A stretch of DNA of 64,000 bases, from positions 608,001 through 672,000 of the forward strand of contig JAWLHJ010000003.1 of the NCBI GenBank assembly GCA_041690395.1, written 5' to 3'. Made by a program: the position numbers and the translations under genes. The notes under the pieces are model-generated. The model did not search any database. It had not been told where the DNA came from and saw nothing but the letters and a program-made list of their open reading frames with translations. Position 1 is the first letter of the stretch; each line of letters starts with the position of its first letter. Positions 9,690-20,559 of the stretch are shown one piece after another. The stretch comes from Longimicrobiales bacterium. GTDB lineage: Bacteria > Gemmatimonadota > Gemmatimonadetes > Longimicrobiales > Gaopeijiaceae.

Positions 9690-12473
9690 TCAGAAGATCT
9701 CGTACCGCAGCCGGAGCATCGCGAAGCGACCCATGGTCGGGACACCGACGAACGAGCGGTATCCGGTGTCGAAGATATTGTTGACCGAGAGCTGAAGCGT
9801 CGCGGCCGTGCCGGGAACCTGGTATCCCACGTTCAGGTCGAAGATCGTGAAGTCGTCGACGCACGGCTCGGAGAACTCGCTCGGCGCCACCCCGGGGATG
9901 CACTCGTTCCCAACGTAGCCGGCCGATTCGGCGGGGAATCCGGCAGAGAAGCGAGCCCGACCGTTGGCGGACAGGCCCGTCCGCACGTTCCGGTACGCGA
10001 GCCCGAGCGACCCCTTGTGCTTCGGCGCGTTGAGCGCGATCGGGGCACCGCCCTCGATCTCGAAGTAGTCGTCGCTCACCCACGAATACGTGCCGTTGAC
10101 GGTCCACTCGTCGTTCACGAAGGCCTGGATCGCGAAGTCGCTCCCCCAGAGATCGAGGTCGCCCACGTTCCGGTAGGTGACGATCAGGTCGGCCGCCTGG
10201 GCGCCGACCTCGTCGGAGGACACGACGCCGGCCGGGATCTGAGCGATGACCGGCGCGAGCGCGGCGGCCGTGGCCTGCGCCTGAGCGGGATCCATGCCGT
10301 CCTGGATGAACCGCGTCGCGATGAAGGTACCCACGTCCTGGCCGTTCAGCAGGAGCAACGGCGTCTGGACCTGCAGCGGCGATACGAAGTCGTTTTTCTG
10401 CATGTAGTAGACGTCCGCCGTGATCTTCACCCTGTCGTTCAGCACCCCGGTCCATCCGATCTCGTAGGTCTCGGTGTAGCTCTCCGCGATGCCGGGCACG
10501 TCGGGAATGCGCGTCGACGCCAGCGGGCTCAGCTCGCCCGGATTGTTCACGTCGAGGAGCATGCGCGCGATGTCGCCGTTCGTCGGATCCCAACCGCTCA
10601 TCTGCGCCGCCATCTGCGGGCTGATCGCGCTCTGGGCCTGGAGCACGCCGATGAGGAGATCCCACATGATGCCGACATCCGCCGGCAGCAACTGCCCCGC
10701 ACCCCCGAACTCGGCGGGATTGAACGGCGAGCGCATCCCGCGCAGCGTGCCGTCGGGGTCCTGAAAGGAATAGCCGTCCTTCCCGGTGCCGTAGGCCCGG
10801 GTCGTGTACCCCAGCTGACCCAGGGTCGACGGTGCCGCGCCGCCGGAGATGTCGAGGAAGAAGTTCAAGCTCGACGGCGTGGAGAAGGCGCGGTTGTAGG
10901 TCGCCCGGAAACTCTGTTCCTCGGTCGGGCTGAACACCAGCGCCGCCCTCGGAGAGAACACGTTGTCGTCCAGCAGCGAGTGCGAGTCGAGGCGCGCCGC
11001 CACGATGAAGTCGAGCTGGTCGGTCAGCGCGGTCTTGGACTGCACGTACGCGCCCCACTCGTCGATGTCGTCCTCGTCCTCGTAAGAACCGTTGATGCTC
11101 CCCTCGGTATCCGGGCGCGTCGCGAAGAAGTCGACGCCGTAGGTGAAGTCCTGACGGCCGTCGGCCAGGGCGAGGCCGTGCTGGCCCTGGGCGACGAAGA
11201 GCGTCGACTTGTCGATCAGCGGAACCCCGTCGCGCAGGAGCCAGGTGTCACCGGCGTCGCTGCGGTTGTAGTACGCCTGCGTGAAGAAGCGCCCCTTGTT
11301 CAGCCGCGCCTGGAAGTAGTCGTAGACCCAGTCGCTGGTCTGCCCGGCGCCGAGCCCGGTCAGCTCGATGCCGGTCGCGCTGGTACGGCCGTAGGTCCCC
11401 ACGAGCGTGCCGTCATCGGCGAACCGCCAGTCCGCGCGCGCCTCGAGCCCGTACCGGCTGATGTCGAAATCACGGATACCCACACGGGCGCACGCCTGCT
11501 CGGCCACCGCGGTCGAAAATCCACGGATCGCTTTGTCCTGGAGGCACGCCGGCTCCGACTGCTCCCGGGCCTCCTGCTCCACCGGATCGGTATAGGGCCA
11601 CTCCGTTCCGGACAGGTACTGACCGGAGAGCTTGACCCCGAAGTCTTCCGCGACGAGAAGGGCAGTTCGGAACGTCCCCTGGAAGACATCACGCTCACCC
11701 GCGCCGAGCGTCACCGTGGTCTCCTGGTCGTCGAGCGGCGACTTGGTCAGGATGTGCACCACGCCGTTCGCCGTGTTCGGCCCATAGAGCGCCGAGCCGG
11801 GTCCGAGCACGACCTCCATCCGGTCGACGTCCTCGTCGTTGGAGGGGAGGAAGTGCATGAGGTTCACCCGCAGCGACGGCACGCCGGCGAGCCGGTGGTC
11901 CGTGAGCATGTGGAGGCCCCCGGAGAAGATGTTGTTGAAGCCTCGGACGACCACGTTGGTCGACTGCACGCCCTGCGTGATGATGTCGACGCCCGGTGCG
12001 CCTTTCAGGTGGTCGGCGAGCGTGGCCGCCGGACGCTCGGTGATCTCGGCCGAGCTTACGTTGTACGTGGACGCGGGCGCCTCCGTGGACTTCTCGGGCG
12101 TGCCGCGGGACGCCGTGATCACGAGGGCATCGAGCTCCTGGGCCTGGGAGAGCAGCTCCATGTCATACGTGGTGGTCTGACCGGCCGACACGGTGACTCC
12201 GTCGAACCGCGTGGTCCGGTATCCCACGACCGTGACGGTGAGGTCGTAGCCGCCCGGAGGGAGGCCGATCCGGTAGCGGCCCTGATTGTCGCTCAGCGTC
12301 CCCGTGGCCTGACCGGCGCCGAGCACCTGAATCTGAGCGGCGGAGATCGGGGCGCCCGTCTCCGCGTTGGTGACGGTCCCGGTCAGGGTGCCCTGCTGAG
12401 CGGCGACCGCGCCGGCGAAGGCGAGGACCGCCGCGGTCGCAGCGACCAGGGATCCAACGAAACGTGCGGACAT
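9690..12473 (-). CDS. TonB-dependent receptor with N-terminal CarboxypepD_reg-like domain
   Basis: Signal peptide, plug motif EVVLGPGSALYG, C-terminal NNIFD...RYEIF. Confidence 0.92.
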   Translation of the reverse strand: MSARFVGSLVAATAAVLAFAGAVAAQQGTLTGTVTNAETGAPISAAQIQVLGAGQATGTLSDNQGRYRIGLPPGGYDLTVTVVGYRTTRFDGVTVSAGQTTTYDMELLSQAQELDALVITASRGTPEKSTEAPASTYNVSSAEITERPAATLADHLKGAPGVDIITQGVQSTNVVVRGFNNIFSGGLHMLTDHRLAGVPSLRVNLMHFLPSNDEDVDRMEVVLGPGSALYGPNTANGVVHILTKSPLDDQETTVTLGAGERDVFQGTFRTALLVAEDFGVKLSGQYLSGTEWPYTDPVEQEAREQSEPACLQDKAIRGFSTAVAEQACARVGIRDFDISRYGLEARADWRFADDGTLVGTYGRTSATGIELTGLGAGQTSDWVYDYFQARLNKGRFFTQAYYNRSDAGDTWLLRDGVPLIDKSTLFVAQGQHGLALADGRQDFTYGVDFFATRPDTEGSINGSYEDEDDIDEWGAYVQSKTALTDQLDFIVAARLDSHSLLDDNVFSPRAALVFSPTEEQSFRATYNRAFSTPSSLNFFLDISGGAAPSTLGQLGYTTRAYGTGKDGYSFQDPDGTLRGMRSPFNPAEFGGAGQLLPADVGIMWDLLIGVLQAQSAISPQMAAQMSGWDPTNGDIARMLLDVNNPGELSPLASTRIPDVPGIAESYTETYEIGWTGVLNDRVKITADVYYMQKNDFVSPLQVQTPLLLLNGQDVGTFIATRFIQDGMDPAQAQATAAALAPVIAQIPAGVVSSDEVGAQAADLIVTYRNVGDLDLWGSDFAIQAFVNDEWTVNGTYSWVSDDYFEIEGGAPIALNAPKHKGSLGLAYRNVRTGLSANGRARFSAGFPAESAGYVGNECIPGVAPSEFSEPCVDDFTIFDLNVGYQVPGTAATLQLSVNNIFDTGYRSFVGVPTMGRFAMLRLRYEIF

Positions 12474-12612
12474 GGGGCCTCACACCGTGATTGGACAGGC
12501 GTGCGCGCAGGGTGGCGAACTCACTACGAAGCTACCGCTCCGGCGGTGCCCGGTGCAATCGAAATCTGCATCGGGGTGGCCTCGCGAGGGACGTCCCGAC
12601 ATCATCGTGGGC

Positions 12613-13578
12613 ATGAAGACTCCGCCATTCACCAGGACCCGACTCGAGGAGGCCCGCGCCGACCTCGGCCACGCCGTCCACCGGACCCCTCTCATCCACT
12701 CGACGACGCTGTCCGAGGTGGCCGGCGTCCCCGTGCACCTCAAGTGCGAGAACCTCCAGAAGACCGGCTCGTTCAAGGTGCGTGGCGCGCTGCACCGCAT
12801 CCGGCAGCTCGATGCACGAGAACGCGAGCGGGGCGTGATCACGATCTCCGCGGGCAATCACGCCCAGGCGGTCGCTTGGGCGGCCTCCGCGGCGGGGGTC
12901 GCGAGCACGGTGGTCATGCCCGAGGCCGCCTCCCGTACGAAGGCGCGCGCGAGCCGCGGCTACGGCGCGGAGGTGATTCTGCACGGCACGCCCGGAGAGG
13001 CGTTCGAAAAGGCCTTCGAGCTGGCCGAGGAACGGGACCTGACCTTCGTGCATCCGTTCGACGACGAGCACGTGGTCGCAGGTCACGCCAGCTGCATGCT
13101 CGAGATCCTCGAGGACCTTCCGGACGTAGGGACCGTGCTGGTCCCGGTCGGAGGCGGCGGGCTCGCGTCCGGCATCGCGTCGGCGGCGGCCGTGAAGGCG
13201 CCGGACGTGGCCGTGTGGTGCGTCGAGCCGGAGGGCGCGGCGGCGATGCACCGGAGCTTCGAGCTCGGCCGGGCCGTTCAGCTCGACTCGGTGTCCACCG
13301 TGGCCGACGGGCTCAAGGCACCCATGGCCGGGAAGCTGAACTTCGAGATCCTGCGGGAGTGGTCCCGTGGCGTCGTCCTGGTCGACGACGACGCGATCGT
13401 CTCGGCCATGAAGCTCCTGCTCGAGCGGACGAAGCTACTCGCCGAGCCCGGCGGCGCGGCGGGCCTCGCCGCGCTCCTGACCGGCGCGACCCCCGACCCG
13501 CGCGGGCCGGTGGTCGTCGTGCTGAGCGGCGGGAACGTCGACGCCGAGCTCCTCGGGACGTTGTTACTCGACGGCTAG
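12613..13578 (+). CDS. Threonine/serine dehydratase (PLP, no ACT domain)
   Basis: KCENLQKTGSFKVRGA, SAGNHAQ, PVGGGGL, LSGGNVD. Confidence 0.92.
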   Translation: MKTPPFTRTRLEEARADLGHAVHRTPLIHSTTLSEVAGVPVHLKCENLQKTGSFKVRGALHRIRQLDARERERGVITISAGNHAQAVAWAASAAGVASTVVMPEAASRTKARASRGYGAEVILHGTPGEAFEKAFELAEERDLTFVHPFDDEHVVAGHASCMLEILEDLPDVGTVLVPVGGGGLASGIASAAAVKAPDVAVWCVEPEGAAAMHRSFELGRAVQLDSVSTVADGLKAPMAGKLNFEILREWSRGVVLVDDDAIVSAMKLLLERTKLLAEPGGAAGLAALLTGATPDPRGPVVVVLSGGNVDAELLGTLLLDG

Positions 13579-14013
13579 CAGCTCGACGTCGAAGATCAGG
13601 ATTCCTTCCGACCCCCTGCGGAAGTAGGCCAGCTGGGGCGGAATCACGAGCTTGCGCTCGCCGCCGACCCGCATGCCCCGGACACCTTCATTGAACCCTG
13701 CGATGACCTGGTCCATGTCGATCTCGAACGAGATCTCCCCTGAATCGAGCGTCGCTCCGCTCCGGTAGCGAACCAGGTATGCGACCGTCACCTGCGACCC
13801 CGGCTCCGCCAGCGCGCCGTCCCCCACCACCAGGTCCTGGTAGTAGAGTCCCGAGTCCGTCCGCGTCATCGCCTCGAGATCGACGTCCAGCGACTCGTGG
13901 AAGAGGGCCGTCTCGATCCGCTCGAACTGGGGCGCGGTCGCGCTCGAGCACGCACCGAGCACCAGGACGGCACCACAGGCCACACCCCATCCCCACCGCT
14001 TCAACATGTCCAT
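13564..14013 (-). CDS. FKBP-type peptidyl-prolyl isomerase, probable lipoprotein
   Basis: Lipobox VLGAC; VIAGFNEGVRGMRVGGERKLVIPPQLAY. Confidence 0.9.
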   Translation of the reverse strand: MDMLKRWGWGVACGAVLVLGACSSATAPQFERIETALFHESLDVDLEAMTRTDSGLYYQDLVVGDGALAEPGSQVTVAYLVRYRSGATLDSGEISFEIDMDQVIAGFNEGVRGMRVGGERKLVIPPQLAYFRRGSEGILIFDVELLAVE

Positions 14014-14023
14014 TCTCCGTTGG

Positions 14024-15595
14024 TCATGACGTCGGGCCCCGGCCCCCGAGCATCCGCTCGAGAAGCGCGGGATCTCCCTGGATCGCCGAGCGACGCTGGT
14101 AGAGCCTGAGGCCGGACAGGCCTCCGAGCTCGGAACCGTTTCCGGCCCGGCCCGGCCCGCCGTGCATCAGGGCGGGGATCACCATGCCGGAGCCGAGGGC
14201 GGCACCGGCGACACCGCTGGACCCCAGGTAGATCCGTCCGTTCCACTGCGCGAACCGGGTCACGACACCTTCGAGCCACTCCGGGTCGTCACCGTACGCG
14301 CTGGCCACGAGGCTTCCCCGGCCGAGCGCCACCAGCTCCGCGGCGTCCTCGGGCGTCCCGTCGTACGGCAGAATCGACGAGACCGGCCCGAACACCTCCC
14401 GCTGATGGACCACCGTCGCGGCCCGGGCGTCGTCGAAGCGCACGAGCGTGGGACGCACGTAGTACCCCTTCCCCTCGGGCGCGCCGACGCCGTCGACGGG
14501 CTCCGAGCCACCGAGCAGCACGGTGCCCTCGGCAGCCAGCGCGTCGATGCCCTGGCGGTTGTCGCGCAGCTGACGCGCGCTCGTGACCGGGCCCATGGTG
14601 ACCGACGGGTCCGCCGTGTTTCCGACGACGACCTCCTCGAGGCGGGCCACCAGGTCCGCCGCGACACGCTCCACCTGATCGGCCGGCACGAAGATGCGCC
14701 GGACCGCGGTGCACTTCTGGCCGGCCTTCTGGGTGATCTCGCGAACGACGTCCTTCAAGAAGAGCCCGTAGAGGTCGGAGTCGGGATCGACGCCCGGGGC
14801 CAGGACCGCGCTGTTCAGCGAATCCGCCTCGACGTTCACGGTCACGTTGCGCTCGAGGATCTCCGGCATGGAGCGGAGATGCAGCCCGGTATCGGCGGAC
14901 CCGGTGAACGCCAGCACGTCCTGCTCACCGAGGTGCGACAGGAGGTCGCCCGGCGCGCCGCAGACGAGTTGCACCGACCCCTCCGGCAGGACGCCGGCCT
15001 CGTCGAGAATCTGGATCATGCGCCACGTGACGAGCGCGGTGCTCGTGGCCGGCTTCACGATGACCGGCATCCCCGCGAGCAGCGCGCACGCCGCCTTCTC
15101 GCCGAAGCCCCAGCCCGGGAAGTTGAACGCGTTGACCAGGACCGCCACGCCCTCCTTCGGCACCAGCACGTGCCGCCCCGCCCAGTCACCGTCCCGCGAG
15201 AGCGGAACCGAGTCGCCGTCGGGCATCAGCCTGGCGTCGCCCAACCCCTTCCCGAAGTGCGCGTAGGCGGCGAGCGTCCCGGTGGCGCCGTCGACGTCGA
15301 ACTTGGCGTCGCCCTTGGTGTTGCCGCCGTTCCTCTTGGCCATGTCGAGGAGCTCGTCACGGTGTTCGCCGAGCGCCTTGGAGATCGCCTTGAGGAGCGC
15401 CGCCCGGTCACCGAGCGTCAGCGCCCTGAGCGCCGGCCCGCCGACCTCACGAGCGTACCGGACCGCCGCGGCCAGATCGAGGCCCTCCGTGGAGGTTTCC
15501 GCGATCGGCTCCTCGGTCGAGGGATTCACGAGGACGGACGGCTCGCCGGAGCCTTCCTGCCAGCGGCCGTTCACGAAGCTCTTGAGCGTGATCAT
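14024..15595 (-). CDS. PaaZ-N / 3,4-dehydroadipyl-CoA semialdehyde dehydrogenase-like aldehyde dehydrogenase
   Basis: NAFNFP, FTGSA, EADSLN, KAGQKCTAVRR, EVFGPV, HGGPGRAG; no MaoC domain. Confidence 0.88.
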   Translation of the reverse strand: MITLKSFVNGRWQEGSGEPSVLVNPSTEEPIAETSTEGLDLAAAVRYAREVGGPALRALTLGDRAALLKAISKALGEHRDELLDMAKRNGGNTKGDAKFDVDGATGTLAAYAHFGKGLGDARLMPDGDSVPLSRDGDWAGRHVLVPKEGVAVLVNAFNFPGWGFGEKAACALLAGMPVIVKPATSTALVTWRMIQILDEAGVLPEGSVQLVCGAPGDLLSHLGEQDVLAFTGSADTGLHLRSMPEILERNVTVNVEADSLNSAVLAPGVDPDSDLYGLFLKDVVREITQKAGQKCTAVRRIFVPADQVERVAADLVARLEEVVVGNTADPSVTMGPVTSARQLRDNRQGIDALAAEGTVLLGGSEPVDGVGAPEGKGYYVRPTLVRFDDARAATVVHQREVFGPVSSILPYDGTPEDAAELVALGRGSLVASAYGDDPEWLEGVVTRFAQWNGRIYLGSSGVAGAALGSGMVIPALMHGGPGRAGNGSELGGLSGLRLYQRRSAIQGDPALLERMLGGRGPTS

Positions 15596-15709
15596 GTCTC
15601 GGGTCCACTCCGGAATGTGCGATACGGGGACCCGAACAGTAGAACGAGGGCCGGAGCGGACAAGGGGGCGCGGCTCGTAGCGCGCCCCCCCGGTCCTACC
15701 CCGCCGTGG

Positions 15710-16882
15710 TCAGCGGCCGCCCGGCCGGTAGCTCCGTACGGGGGGAAGCTGCGCACCCGTCAGGCCCTCGGGCTCCTCTTCCCCCACGACCGGCATCCGC
15801 AGCGTCCCGACCCCGTCGATGGTCGCCTCGATGACCTCGCCCGGCTGCAGGAAGCGCTGCTCACCCCGCACCGCCGTGCCCATGCCGGTTCCCCCCGAGG
15901 TCCCGTTGTTGATCACGTCGCCGGGAAACAGCGTGATGATCGAGGAGCCGTACTCGATGAGCTCCCACAGCGAGTGGATCATGTCGCCGGCCATCCCCTC
16001 CTGCATGCGCTCGCCGCCGACGCTCAGCGTCTGCCTGAGGATCTCCATCGGGTTGCCGTAGAACTCCTTGGGCACGATCCAGGGGCCCATGGGCGCGAAG
16101 GTGTCGTGCCCCTTCCCCACGAACCAGTCGGACTGGAGGGGATTTCCGCCCGGGGGCCGCCCGCCGCGGTCCGAGATATCCATCGTGACCGTGTACCCGA
16201 ACACGTGCGCCTCGGCGTCGTCCGCGGAAATGTACTTGCCGGCCCGCCCGATGACCGCTCCGAGCTCCACCTCCCAGTCGATCCGGTCGCGACCGTACGG
16301 GAGCACGATCGGCTCTCCGTTGCCGACGACGGCGCCCCGGCTCGGCTTGAGGAAGAGGTACGGCACACCTCGGTTCTCCCGGCGCTGCCGCAGGGCTTCG
16401 GCCCGCTCCTCCTCGGTGCCGGTCTCGTCGACGTGGGTGTAGAAGTTCACCGCGGCGTTGAGGATCTTGCCCGGATACATGATGGGCGGGAGGGTCCTGA
16501 GGTCGCCGACCTCGTGCACGTAGTCAGGCCGCGCCGCGCCCAACGCGTCGTCGGCCACGAGCTGATTCACCAACTCGTAGAGTCGGGCCTTCATGCCGTA
16601 CTCGTAACGCTCGATCAGCTCGAGCATGTCTGCCGGCATCGGCAGGCGTGGATATTCGGGGCGGCGCTCCAGATCGGCGTTGGCGCGCTCGAGGTCCACC
16701 ACGAAACGGTCTCGCAGGACCACGCCGACCCGCGGCTCGTCGTCGATCTCGAAGGTGCCGACCTTGAACGGCTCGGCGACCGAGGGAGCCTGCGCCTCGC
16801 CCCCGGCAGGCAGAAGCGCCAGGCACACGAGCCAGCCGCAGAGCCGGAGGGCCTTTGAAAGGGACGGAACGGACGTGCGCAT
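15710..16882 (-). CDS. Fumarylacetoacetate hydrolase family protein with a predicted signal peptide
   Basis: DWEVELGAVIG, DISDR, GKGHDTFAPMGP, GDVINNGT; hydrophobic N-terminus ending GEA-QA. Confidence 0.88.
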   Translation of the reverse strand: MRTSVPSLSKALRLCGWLVCLALLPAGGEAQAPSVAEPFKVGTFEIDDEPRVGVVLRDRFVVDLERANADLERRPEYPRLPMPADMLELIERYEYGMKARLYELVNQLVADDALGAARPDYVHEVGDLRTLPPIMYPGKILNAAVNFYTHVDETGTEEERAEALRQRRENRGVPYLFLKPSRGAVVGNGEPIVLPYGRDRIDWEVELGAVIGRAGKYISADDAEAHVFGYTVTMDISDRGGRPPGGNPLQSDWFVGKGHDTFAPMGPWIVPKEFYGNPMEILRQTLSVGGERMQEGMAGDMIHSLWELIEYGSSIITLFPGDVINNGTSGGTGMGTAVRGEQRFLQPGEVIEATIDGVGTLRMPVVGEEEPEGLTGAQLPPVRSYRPGGR

Positions 16883-16947
16883 GACCTTACCTCCAGAGTG
16901 GGGACTCTACGGATAAGGGGCAGTGTCGGGGGGCGGGCCGCCCGGTG

Positions 16948-18006
16948 TCAAACGGACGCGGCCTCCCGCGGGAGATGGACGTCGAACGTGGTTCCCGCCT
17001 GCGGCGACGAGGAGACCATGATCGATCCGCCGTGCGCACGCGCGATCTCCCGCGCGATGTAGAGTCCGAGCCCCAAGCCTTGCTTGGGTCGGTCGGCCCG
17101 ATCGGTGCTCGCAGGATGAACGAAGGGATCGAAGAGCCGCTGCCGATCCGCGTCGGGAATCGCGCTTCCTGCGTTGTGGATGGAGGCGACCACCTCGTTC
17201 TCCTCTCCGATCAGAACGACGGTCACCGGCGCCCTGTCTCCGTGCAGCACCGCATTCTCGACCAGGTTGGACATCGCCTGCCCCAGGCGTCCCGCGTCCC
17301 ATTCCCCCTCGAGCTCGCCTCGTGCCTCGAACCGGAGATCGCATTCCGGATGTGCCGACCGCGCCTCTTCGACGATCTCGCGCGCGATCTCCTTCAGGCA
17401 GGTACGGGACCGGACGATCGGCATGCCGTCGCCGAGTCGGCACCGTGAAAAGTCCAGCAGGTCGTTCACCAGGTCCGTCATCCGTTGACCACTACTACGG
17501 ATCCTGGTCGCGAGCCTCAGGTCACGCTCGGTCAACGCTCCTCGCTTCACCAGATACTCGGATGCCATGAGCAGGGCGCCGAGCGGGGTGCGGAGGTCGT
17601 GGCCCAGCATCGCGAGGAACAGCTCGCGCCTCTTGCGCGCCTGGATGCGCGCCCGGGCGATCGATTCCATCAGGCCCTCGTCGATCGTCTTGTTCAACGA
17701 GATCAGGCCGTTCACTTCCGCGAGAGACGGCGAGCGGTGAGCCGCGACCCACTGTCGAACGAGCCTCGCGCGCGCGTCGCTGCACTTGTCGATCTTTTCC
17801 TTCAGGCCGATATCGTCGTCCAGGAGATCTTCGATTTCCTGCGTGGTGACCTTGGGCAGATCTCCCGGCGACGCGTCGTCGCCCTGGCGAGGCAACTCCC
17901 TCGGAAGCTCCGCGATCCTCTCCGAAGCACGTTCCCGGACCTGCTGGAGGGCATCCGCAAGGCGGCGACCGGTGTCCTCCGACTCCGTGTGGAGCGGGTC
18001 ACTCAT
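16948..18006 (-). CDS. Soluble orphan sensor histidine kinase
   Basis: LGHDLRTPL H-box, NLVENAVLHG, GLGLGLYI. Confidence 0.88.
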   Translation of the reverse strand: MSDPLHTESEDTGRRLADALQQVRERASERIAELPRELPRQGDDASPGDLPKVTTQEIEDLLDDDIGLKEKIDKCSDARARLVRQWVAAHRSPSLAEVNGLISLNKTIDEGLMESIARARIQARKRRELFLAMLGHDLRTPLGALLMASEYLVKRGALTERDLRLATRIRSSGQRMTDLVNDLLDFSRCRLGDGMPIVRSRTCLKEIAREIVEEARSAHPECDLRFEARGELEGEWDAGRLGQAMSNLVENAVLHGDRAPVTVVLIGEENEVVASIHNAGSAIPDADRQRLFDPFVHPASTDRADRPKQGLGLGLYIAREIARAHGGSIMVSSSPQAGTTFDVHLPREAASV

Positions 18007-18121
18007 GCCGACCTCCCTGGTCCTCGGCGTGTCCCCCGACGCGCTGTTAAGCTCATCTTCAACATAACGCAAGGACCATGCCGATCGCGAACCCGTCGGG
18101 ATCGGTGGCAGCGGTGCCCGC

Positions 18122-19441
18122 CTACGGAAGCACGACCCCGGGACCGTTCCGGGTGAGCGCGCGGCACGCCTCGAGGAGCTCCGCCCCGAGCCCCCGGTCC
18201 AATCCACCCCACGTGAACAGACCCTCTACCTTCGCGTCCAGCGCATCGTCGTCCAGGGGGCGGTCCGGGTCTCCCGTTGCCGAGACCACCCTCGCATGGT
18301 GCGTGCCCCCCGCTCCGCTCCGCGCCTCCACCCGCGCGCCCCAGCGCTCGGGGTACGCGTCGGCCAGAGTCTCATTCACGCCGACGGTCACGCGTCCGAG
18401 CATCGCCCGCACGTCCTCATCCTCGAGCGCCACGGCATCGAACGCATCCAGGCCGGGCGTCCCACGCACGAGGGCGCGGGCCACGGCGTACTGAAGGCTG
18501 AAGCGCGCCTCGTGCGGCGTGTTCGGGTCCGGCCGATCGGTCACGTCGAGCGCGGCCGGGTAGCTCTCCACGGACACTCGCTCGGGGGCCACGCCACCCA
18601 GGGCCGCCCGTACCTCGAGCGCCGCGTCGATGGCCGGGTGCACGTGGCGGCAGCACGGGTAGGGCTTCATCGACGTCTCCGGGAGCTTCCACGTCGGAGC
18701 GCCGGCGCACACGACATCGGGCCGCGCGTCGGGGCACAACGCCCGGAACAACCCCTTCTCTCCTTCCAGAATGTGCTCCGCACCCGTCAGCCCTTCGGCC
18801 GCCAGGAGCGTCGCGCGAAGCCCCGCGGCGGCCGCATGGCCGGCGTGGAGTGGCTTGCTCATGGCGCCTTCCGCGTTGAACTGCCAAAGCCCCGCCGCCT
18901 GCGTTCCGGCGCTCCCGAGCGAGTTCACCCAAGCGTCCTCGTCGAGCTGCAGCAGAGAGGCTGCGGCCGCGGCCGCACCGAAAGGGCCGGCCGTCGCGGT
19001 ATTGTGGAAGATCCGGTAGTGCGCGGGGCCGAGCGCCTCGCCTACGCGGATCATCACCTCGTAACCCGCGAGCACCGCGCCGAGCACGGCGTGTCCTGCG
19101 GCCCCGATCTCGCGGCCCAGGAGGAGCGCCACCGGAACGACCACGCACCCCGGGTGCGTCACCGAGGCACGGTGGAGGTCGTCCGTCTCGGTGACGTGCG
19201 AGCGCGCGGCCGCCAGGAAGACGCGCCCCTCCAGGTCGCGGGCGCGGGCTCCGTAGGCCTCGAGGATCCGTCCCTCGGGGGTGGCGGCACCGGCGACGTA
19301 CGAGCCCAGCCAGTCGCGCACGAAGCGCTCGGCCTCCACACGGTCCAGATCGGTGACGGGGCGCGCCCGGACGTATCGCGTGAGGCGCCGGGTGAGGCTC
19401 CCCTCCTCCCCGGGGTCACGGGCCGACGAGGCTGCGGTCAC
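18122..19441 (-). CDS. MmgE/PrpD family protein
   Basis: ETDDLH, HPGCVVVP, KPLHAG, KPYPCC, FSLQY. Confidence 0.92.
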   Translation of the reverse strand: MTAASSARDPGEEGSLTRRLTRYVRARPVTDLDRVEAERFVRDWLGSYVAGAATPEGRILEAYGARARDLEGRVFLAAARSHVTETDDLHRASVTHPGCVVVPVALLLGREIGAAGHAVLGAVLAGYEVMIRVGEALGPAHYRIFHNTATAGPFGAAAAAASLLQLDEDAWVNSLGSAGTQAAGLWQFNAEGAMSKPLHAGHAAAAGLRATLLAAEGLTGAEHILEGEKGLFRALCPDARPDVVCAGAPTWKLPETSMKPYPCCRHVHPAIDAALEVRAALGGVAPERVSVESYPAALDVTDRPDPNTPHEARFSLQYAVARALVRGTPGLDAFDAVALEDEDVRAMLGRVTVGVNETLADAYPERWGARVEARSGAGGTHHARVVSATGDPDRPLDDDALDAKVEGLFTWGGLDRGLGAELLEACRALTRNGPGVVLP

Positions 19442-20559
19442 GTGGCGAACTCCTTTCTGAGGGCCGCGCCGTGCTGGTCGAGCCCCGGTACGGGCCCGTC
19501 CACTTCGTCCTCACGCCAGCGCGTGGCGGGCGCGGGCATCCGCACCGGCCCGTCCGGGGTGTCGACATCCAGCAACTCGAGCTGCGGATGGTCGGCGAGC
19601 TCGGCCACCGTGCGGACACGTCCGAACGCGATCCCGCCGCGCTCCAGGCGCGCAACGAGCTCCGACGTCGTCCAGCCTCCGAACACCACCTGGAGCTCGG
19701 CCACCAGGTCATTGCGGTGCCGGACCCTCGCGGGATTGTCCTGGAACCGCGGATCGGACGCCAACTCGGGCCTCGCGAGCACGTCCGCGCAGAGCCGCTG
19801 CCACTCGCGCTCGTTCTGGACAGCCACCATCACGGTGTCGCCCTCGGAGGAGGTGTACGGTCCGTACGGTGCGATGCCGGGGTGCCGGAGACCACTCCGC
19901 GAGGGCGGACGCCCGCCGTACACCTGATGCAGGTACGGCACCGACATCCAGTCGGCGATCGACTGGAACAGGGATACCTCGAGGGCACGCCCTTCCCCGG
20001 TCGCGTCCCGCACGCGGAGCGCCTCGAGCACCGCCGTGTAGACGTGCATGCCCGCGGCGATGTCGCACACCGAGATACCGACGCGCGCCGGAGACTCCTC
20101 GGTGCCGGTGACCGCCGCGAGCCCGGCTTCGCCCTGCACGAGGCTGTCGTAGGCCTTCATGTGCGCGTAGGGGCCGTCCCGGCCGTAACCGGAGACGTCG
20201 CACGTGATGAGCCGCGGGTGGGCGGCCCGAAGCGCCTCCGAGCCGAAGCCCGCGCGCTCGGCGGCGCCGGGGGCGAGGTTCTGAACGAAGACGTCGGCGC
20301 GCGCGATCATGCGCCGGAGCAGCGCTGCCTCCGCGGGGTTCTTCAGGTCGAGCGCGACCGACTCCTTCCCTCGGTTGAGCCAGGCGAAATACGCGCTCCC
20401 TCCCCGCACGACCCGGTCGTAGCCACGCGCGAAGTCGCCGTCCGGACGCTCCACCTTGATGACCCGGGCGCCCGCGTCGGCCATCTTCCGGGTCGCGAGC
20501 GGCGCGGCGACCGCCTGCTCGACCGAGACGACCCGCACCCCCTCGAGCGGGAGCGTCAC
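19438..20559 (-). CDS. CaiB/BaiF family III CoA-transferase
   Basis: [36 protein letters not shown] start overlaps the upstream stop. Confidence 0.93.
   Translation of the reverse strand: MTLPLEGVRVVSVEQAVAAPLATRKMADAGARVIKVERPDGDFARGYDRVVRGGSAYFAWLNRGKESVALDLKNPAEAALLRRMIARADVFVQNLAPGAAERAGFGSEALRAAHPRLITCDVSGYGRDGPYAHMKAYDSLVQGEAGLAAVTGTEESPARVGISVCDIAAGMHVYTAVLEALRVRDATGEGRALEVSLFQSIADWMSVPYLHQVYGGRPPSRSGLRHPGIAPYGPYTSSEGDTVMVAVQNEREWQRLCADVLARPELASDPRFQDNPARVRHRNDLVAELQVVFGGWTTSELVARLERGGIAFGRVRTVAELADHPQLELLDVDTPDGPVRMPAPATRWREDEVDGPVPGLDQHGAALRKEFAT

Noticed and set aside
10017..13694. 1225-aa plus-strand ORF and many other long ORFs (e.g. 14162-16858, 22810-25674, 36968-39682)
   Set aside because: They are antisense or off-frame shadows of well-supported genes, typical of high-GC DNA, and have no recognisable motifs.
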